The position numbers and the translations under genes are program-made. From an uncultured bacterium (GTDB lineage: Bacteria; UBP14; UBA6098; B30-G16), in contig CBEVQY010000026.1 of NCBI GenBank assembly GCA_965552135.1, positions 1 to 43,463 on the forward strand: a DNA stretch of 43,463 nt, in the 5' to 3' direction. Shown here in pieces: positions 38,743 to 43,463 of the stretch. Numbering within the stretch: the stretch's first letter is position 1; each line of letters opens with the position of its first letter. The notes under the pieces were generated by a model. That model ran no database searches. It saw nothing but the letters and a program-made list of their open reading frames with translations, and had not been told where the DNA came from.

Positions 38743-39602
38743 AGACGTACCTCGGTCGCGAGCCCGATTTCCGCGGCAAGGTCAGGGATATCTACGACCT
38801 CGGCGAAAGGCTTTTGATCGTCGCCACCGACAGGATATCCGCCTTCGACCACGTCCTGCCCAGCCCGATTCCAGGCAGGGGGAAGGTGCTTACGAGGCTT
38901 TCGGTCTTTTGGTTCAACGCGACGAAGGACATCGTTCCGAATCACCTGCTCGCTTGGCGGGTTGAGGATTATCCTGATTGGCTTTCGAGATATTTTTCGC
39001 AGCTTGATGGCAGGTCGATGCTTGTGTCGAAGGCGAGGCGCATTGACGTTGAGTGCGTTGTGCGCGGCTATCTCGCTGGGTCGGGATGGAGGGAGTACAA
39101 AAGCACCGGTCGTGTGTGCGGGATAGAGCTTCCGCCGGGGCTTGGCGAGTCGGAGCGACTTCCCGAGCCGATATTCACCCCTGCAACGAAAGCCCCGCAG
39201 GGGCAGCACGATGTAAACATCACCTTCGACCAGCTCGTTGAGCTTGTGGGTGGCGAGGTTGCCGAGGCGCTGCGCGAAAAAAGCCTTAAGCTCTATCGCT
39301 TCGCACACGACTACGCCCTAAGGCGCGGGATCATCATCGCCGACACGAAGTTCGAGTTCGGCTTTGTGGACGGCAAGCTCGTCCTGATAGACGAGCTCCT
39401 TACGCCCGATTCGTCTCGGTTCTGGGACGCGTCGAGCTACCGGCCGGGGGAGCATCAGGAGGCGCTGGACAAGCAGTTCGTCAGGGATTACCTGCTTTCT
39501 GTGGGCTGGAGTGGCGAGGGTGATCCGCCAAAGCTTCCCCCGCAGGTGGTCCAGCAGACCGTGGAGCGCTACGAGCTTGTTGCGCGAAGGCTTTTGTCGT
39601 AG
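38727..39602 (+). CDS. purC: SAICAR synthase
   Basis: GKVRDIY, ATDRISAFD, ECVVRGYL.GSGW, IFTPATKA, ADTKFEFG, DELLTPDSSRFW, DKQFVRDYL. Confidence 0.97.
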   Translation: MEALVKTYLGREPDFRGKVRDIYDLGERLLIVATDRISAFDHVLPSPIPGRGKVLTRLSVFWFNATKDIVPNHLLAWRVEDYPDWLSRYFSQLDGRSMLVSKARRIDVECVVRGYLAGSGWREYKSTGRVCGIELPPGLGESERLPEPIFTPATKAPQGQHDVNITFDQLVELVGGEVAEALREKSLKLYRFAHDYALRRGIIIADTKFEFGFVDGKLVLIDELLTPDSSRFWDASSYRPGEHQEALDKQFVRDYLLSVGWSGEGDPPKLPPQVVQQTVERYELVARRLLS

Positions 39603-39608
39603 CTTCTG

Positions 39609-39682
<74 letters not shown>

Positions 39683-39840
39683 CCAATTTACTTTCTTAAT
39701 GACCGCCGCCGCCCGTGTCAATAGGTTTGTGGGGGCTTTGGTTGCGCTTTCCCGCCAAAAAATCCGCAGCATAAATTTATTCCTTGTCTTTCGGTGTGAG
39801 GGGGATAACTTTCGAGGTGGGTTCAGCGAGGGGTGCTTTT

Positions 39841-40761
39841 ATGGAGGATCAGCTTGCCAGGGTGTTTTCCGTTTCGGTCGATGAGCTTGAGCGCGGCGTA
39901 TCGCATTTGGGAGGACTTTTCGGCGTTCACGTTCCCGAGGAGGCGCGCCAGGCTTTTGAGAAAATAAGGCGCATCCAAAGCTTTGGCGACGTCGAGAGTT
40001 TCCTCAAGGGGGCGCCAAAGGAGCTTCTTGAAGCATCTGCGATTTCGGAGCTTGCCAGGTTGGTGGAGGGCTGGCAGAGGCTCGTTGGCTGCTCCGATGA
40101 CCTTGTGCGCGTGGCGGCGTTCGTCAAAGAGGCTATCTTTCCACCTGCGGACGTTAGGATAAGCTTCGCGGTCAAGTCCATAAAGGCTCTTGTCCCCACC
40201 GTCATCTTCAGGAACCCCCATCGGGTAGACGAGCTGCTCGATATGTTCGACAAGGTTTTTGCCACCTACTATCGGGCATACCTCAGGTTCCACACGGAGC
40301 TTAACGAGCGTTTGAGGCGTTTGCAGGAGCCGGTTCGTGAGGCGGCGAGGCGCATAGTCATAATGGAGAAGCTTGCGTCGATCCCCAGCCTTGAGCCTTA
40401 CTGCGCCTGCGACGCACTCGAGGAGGCAAAGACGGGCATATTGGAGGCAACACCATGTCCCCACACGCCGACGGAGGAGGAGGTGGCGAAGTACCTCAAG
40501 TGCCCTGTCTGTCAGAGGACGTTCCTCGACGAGGGGCTTTTGAGCATAATTGAGCGCGTTCTTGAAAGGTGTGACAAAGCCTTCCGCTACTGCGTTGACG
40601 CCTTGGCGTTTCAACTTTCTCAGGCGGTTCTCGAGAGGGAGGATGATCCCCTGCGCTCGGTCGTCGATTCGATAAACGTCTCTGATCTTTCCGGTATCAC
40701 CAACGTCCTTTCCGACGAGCTTTTGGAGCGCATTTCGCGGCTTTTGGGGGAGAAGCGATGA
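39841..40761 (+). CDS. Hypothetical helical protein with CxxC motif, resembling the C-terminal region of DUF6079-type ATPases
   Basis: SD GAGGGG. YYRAYLRFH...KLASIPSL...PC...KCPVC. No P-loop. Confidence 0.55.
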   Translation: MEDQLARVFSVSVDELERGVSHLGGLFGVHVPEEARQAFEKIRRIQSFGDVESFLKGAPKELLEASAISELARLVEGWQRLVGCSDDLVRVAAFVKEAIFPPADVRISFAVKSIKALVPTVIFRNPHRVDELLDMFDKVFATYYRAYLRFHTELNERLRRLQEPVREAARRIVIMEKLASIPSLEPYCACDALEEAKTGILEATPCPHTPTEEEVAKYLKCPVCQRTFLDEGLLSIIERVLERCDKAFRYCVDALAFQLSQAVLEREDDPLRSVVDSINVSDLSGITNVLSDELLERISRLLGEKR

Positions 40762-40770
40762 CGGAAAAGT

Positions 40771-40799
40771 AAGGGCTCCCCCTCCGCGGGGGAGCCCTT
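40771..40799. terminator. Hairpin terminator between convergent genes
   Basis: 12-bp stem AAGGGCTCCCCC / GGGGGAGCCCTT. ACTTTT follows on the minus strand. Confidence 0.75.
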
Positions 40800-40822
40800 G
40801 TGCGGTGGTGTGGAGTCTTGGG

Positions 40823-41239
40823 TTAGGATGCGTGCTCCTCGATCTCCTTCTCGAGCCACTTGACGGCGTCTTCGCCCTTCATGAGCTTATCGAGCTCGCT
40901 GGGGTCGGAGAGCTTGACCTTGAAGAGCCAGTTTTCGTAAGGGTCCTCGTTGACGATGGCGGGGTCGTCCTCGACGTCCTCGTTGACCTCGATGATCTCG
41001 CCGGAGACGGGGGCTATGAGCTTGCCGACCCACTTCCCCGTCTCGACCGTGCCGATGCGCTCGTCCTGGGTGATCTCATCTCCCTCGCCGGGCATGTCGA
41101 TGTAGGATATTTCGCCGGCGAGCTTGCAGTAGAAGTCGTGTAGCCCCACCGTCACAACGTCGTCACCCTCGGGGCGGACCCAACAAAACTCCTTGTGGTA
41201 GAGCAGGTCCTCGGGATGCTCGTAGTCCTTGATCTTCAT
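40823..41239 (-). CDS. gcvH: GcvH-family lipoyl carrier protein
   Basis: WVR...VG..D, VETGKWVGKLIAPVSGEIIEVN, VNEDPY..WLFKV. SD AGGAGG. Promoter TTGACA-16-TAATTT at 41303-41276. Confidence 0.88.
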   Translation of the reverse strand: MKIKDYEHPEDLLYHKEFCWVRPEGDDVVTVGLHDFYCKLAGEISYIDMPGEGDEITQDERIGTVETGKWVGKLIAPVSGEIIEVNEDVEDDPAIVNEDPYENWLFKVKLSDPSELDKLMKGEDAVKWLEKEIEEHAS

Positions 41240-41328
41240 CTGCTCCTCCTTTCGGCTGGCTTCGGTTCCGAACCCAAATTATGCGAGCTGCCTTTCCTGT
41301 CAACACAAATTTTGGGGTCGTTGGAAAA

Positions 41329-42789
41329 TTATTTTCTTTTGGGGCTGTAGCCGAAGCAGCGGAATATAAAGAACGTCGTCACCGCCTTTCCTGCGCGCTT
41401 TGCGACGAGCGTTTCGGGCGCAGCAACGCTGTCGAAGTAGTGGGGCAGGATCTCCTGCGCACGCTTCACCGAAAATCCCCACCGCGGATCAACGACGCAG
41501 ATCGCGTCCCTTCCCGAGAGGGTGTCGGGGGAGGACCAATACGTGTATTGCTGTCCGCGCAGGCCGACGACGTGGGGACCAACGGTCTCAGGCTTGCCCG
41601 GGAGATGGAAGGCAAGCTCGCTTGGGACCTTGTATTCGCACCCGAAGACGAACGAGCCGGGGGGCATCTGCTGCAGCGTTTTCGCCACGTTTTCCGCAAG
41701 CTCCTTCCATCCGAGCGTTGACGCGAGCTCGCCGCTTATCGGCACGAACGGCGCCACGGTCGCGAAGACGACGACGAACGTCACCGCCGCGGCAACGACC
41801 GTTCCCCACACGTACCAGCGACGCCTGCGCCTAACCGATTCGGACACAAACGACGCCACGGGCAGAAAATACGCCGGAATGAGCCAGTTCAACTTCACCC
41901 AGTAGAGCGTCGCCAGCGCGGTGAAGAAGATCATCATCGGCATTGCGAACGCAGCGACGATCGCGGATGCGGGAAGCTCACCGCCGCTTATCCATCGCCG
42001 CAGCTTAAGTATGCCCTCGCGCCAGGCGGCGACGTAAAACACAGGCGAAAGCGCGAAAAACTGCGAGCCAACATACCCGAGGAAGTAATCAAGCCTTATC
42101 GACCTTATCTCGTGTGCACGGCGGGTGCTTTGGTAGGCGAAGCTTGCCCAGCCGTGGGTTGCGTTCCATATGACCTCGGGGAGGAAGGCGACGGCGGCAA
42201 GGGCAAGCAGGACGTAAGGTCCCGGCGTAAAGAGGAGCCTTCGCCACCGCCGGGACGAAAGCAAAATCAACGCCGCGCCCAAGAACCAGAACGCGGCGGT
42301 GTATTTGGAGAGCATCGCCAGTCCGGAGAAGACCCCCGCGAGGCTCCAGTAGAGCAGTCGATTTTCCTGCAGTGCCAAAAGTAGCCAAAACACAGCCCCC
42401 AGCCAAAAGAACACAAGCGGCGGGTCGGGCGTAAAGATGGTGCCTGCGGTGGTGAATAAGGGGACGACGCTTGCTGCAAGCGCAACGAAAAACGCCTCTC
42501 GCTCGCCCCAAAGTCTCTTCGAGAGAAGCCACAGGAACAAAAGTGCTCCGACGCCGTACGCCCACGCCCCAAATCGGATGCCGAACCGATTGTCGCCGAA
42601 GATGCCGGTGAAAAGCCATATCGTCCAGGGCATCACGGGCGGATGGTCGAAGTACCCCAGCGCGGGATGGCGTGAGAAGTTCCAATAATATGCTTCCTGC
42701 GGCGTGATATCCGTAAGCGGCAGGAGCGCCAGCCTTGCCGCAGCGACAGCCGTTATAAGAGCAAATGCTCGCCTTCGCATGGAGGGCAT
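41329..42789 (-). CDS. ArnT/PMT-family (GT-C) membrane glycosyltransferase
   Basis: EAYYW....L.LGYFDHPP, TPDPPL, GLAMLSKY, WNA..GW.SF.YQ. Multiple TM helices. Confidence 0.88.
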   Translation of the reverse strand: MPSMRRRAFALITAVAAARLALLPLTDITPQEAYYWNFSRHPALGYFDHPPVMPWTIWLFTGIFGDNRFGIRFGAWAYGVGALLFLWLLSKRLWGEREAFFVALAASVVPLFTTAGTIFTPDPPLVFFWLGAVFWLLLALQENRLLYWSLAGVFSGLAMLSKYTAAFWFLGAALILLSSRRWRRLLFTPGPYVLLALAAVAFLPEVIWNATHGWASFAYQSTRRAHEIRSIRLDYFLGYVGSQFFALSPVFYVAAWREGILKLRRWISGGELPASAIVAAFAMPMMIFFTALATLYWVKLNWLIPAYFLPVASFVSESVRRRRRWYVWGTVVAAAVTFVVVFATVAPFVPISGELASTLGWKELAENVAKTLQQMPPGSFVFGCEYKVPSELAFHLPGKPETVGPHVVGLRGQQYTYWSSPDTLSGRDAICVVDPRWGFSVKRAQEILPHYFDSVAAPETLVAKRAGKAVTTFFIFRCFGYSPKRK

Positions 42790-42792
42790 GAA

Positions 42793-43158
42793 TCAAAGCT
42801 TCTTGCGCCTCGCGAGAACCTGCTTGATCTTCTCCTTAAGCTGCGTTAGGTCGGATGATTTTATAATATAATCCTCGGCAAGCCAGGTGAGGAAATCGTC
42901 CCTATACTCGCCGTACGCCGTATTTATTATAACTGCCAGATCTCTGCGTTTGACTATCATCTTCTCGAGGGCGTCTATTCCGTGCATTCCGGGCAGGCGT
43001 ATGTCGAGTATCACGACGTCGACCTTCTCGCGATCGAGGATGTCCATCGCCTCCTCTGCCGTCTCGGCTGTGAGAACTTTATAGCCCTCTTTCGAAAGCT
43101 CCATCGTGTACAGCGTGCGGATGTTCTTCTCATCGTCGACTACAAGTATAGTTGCCAT
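42793..43158 (-). CDS. Single-domain response regulator
   Basis: ILVVDDE, VILDIRLPGM.G, NTAY, YIIKS. SD AGGAGG. Confidence 0.92.
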   Translation of the reverse strand: MATILVVDDEKNIRTLYTMELSKEGYKVLTAETAEEAMDILDREKVDVVILDIRLPGMHGIDALEKMIVKRRDLAVIINTAYGEYRDDFLTWLAEDYIIKSSDLTQLKEKIKQVLARRKKL

Positions 43159-43294
43159 CGGCTCCCTCCTGTCGTCTTTGTCTCCAATTTCAACCCTATT
43201 GGCGCAAAACGCAAGGGAATTCGCCACAAATTTTGAGCTTGACTTTAGACATCGGAACTTTATTTTGTTGTCAAAGTTCAAGCAGGAGGGGCGT

Positions 43295-43463
43295 ATGCGT
43301 GCGGTGAAGTTTTTGGTTTTGTTTTTGGCTTTCGTTGGCTTTGCGTTTGGCGTTCCGCGGACGCTGAACTATCAGGGAAAGCTTACTGATCCCTCGGGAG
43401 TGGCTTTGAACGGCAGCGTGAACCTGGAGTTCAGGCTTTATGATGCGCCGTTTTCCGGCGTTC
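43295..43463 (+). CDS. 3'-truncated secreted NYQG-domain surface/fibre protein
   Basis: Manual translation gives MRAVKFLVLFLAFVGFAFGVPRTLNYQGKLTDPSGVALNGSVNLEFRLYDAPFSGV. SD AGGAGG. Promoter TTGACT-16-TATTTT at 43239-43266. Confidence 0.8.
   Translation, partial: MRAVKFLVLFLAFVGFAFGVPRTLNYQGKLTDPSGVALNGSVNLEFRLYDAPFSGV

Overview
Core-chromosome window of a GC-rich, LPS-producing diderm bacterium. It is probably an uncultured FCB-type candidate lineage; this is inferred from kdsA/lptC, T9SS/FlgD-like C-terminal domains and a Bacteroidota-type bS22 peptide. About 40 CDSs are present, plus RNase P RNA and tRNA-Arg(UCU). I see no CRISPR array, transposase, integrase or prophage. Housekeeping genes include accC, cdd, recJ, rpsG-fusA, rodA, cdsA, rimP-nusA-infB-DUF503, kdsA, purC and an Slt, many cut off from their usual operon partners. 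Main points: (1) an unannotated two-gene module (14283-16019) that looks like a secreted fibre subunit plus chaperone-like partner; (2) five proteins with a T9SS/FlgD-like C-terminal domain, two inside a GT4/DegT operon; (3) two NYQG-domain fibre-type genes, one apparently decayed; (4) a degenerate MshEN-PilB ATPase and a degenerate GGDEF protein, both possible c-di-GMP receptors; (5) an EF-G with recycling-type features behind a terminator with a duplicated arm; (6) several apparently leaderless genes; (7) infB broken by an apparent ~19-nt deletion in the G1 motif; (8) a 31-aa bS22-like gene missing from the ORF track. All family names come from motif recognition by eye, not from database searches.
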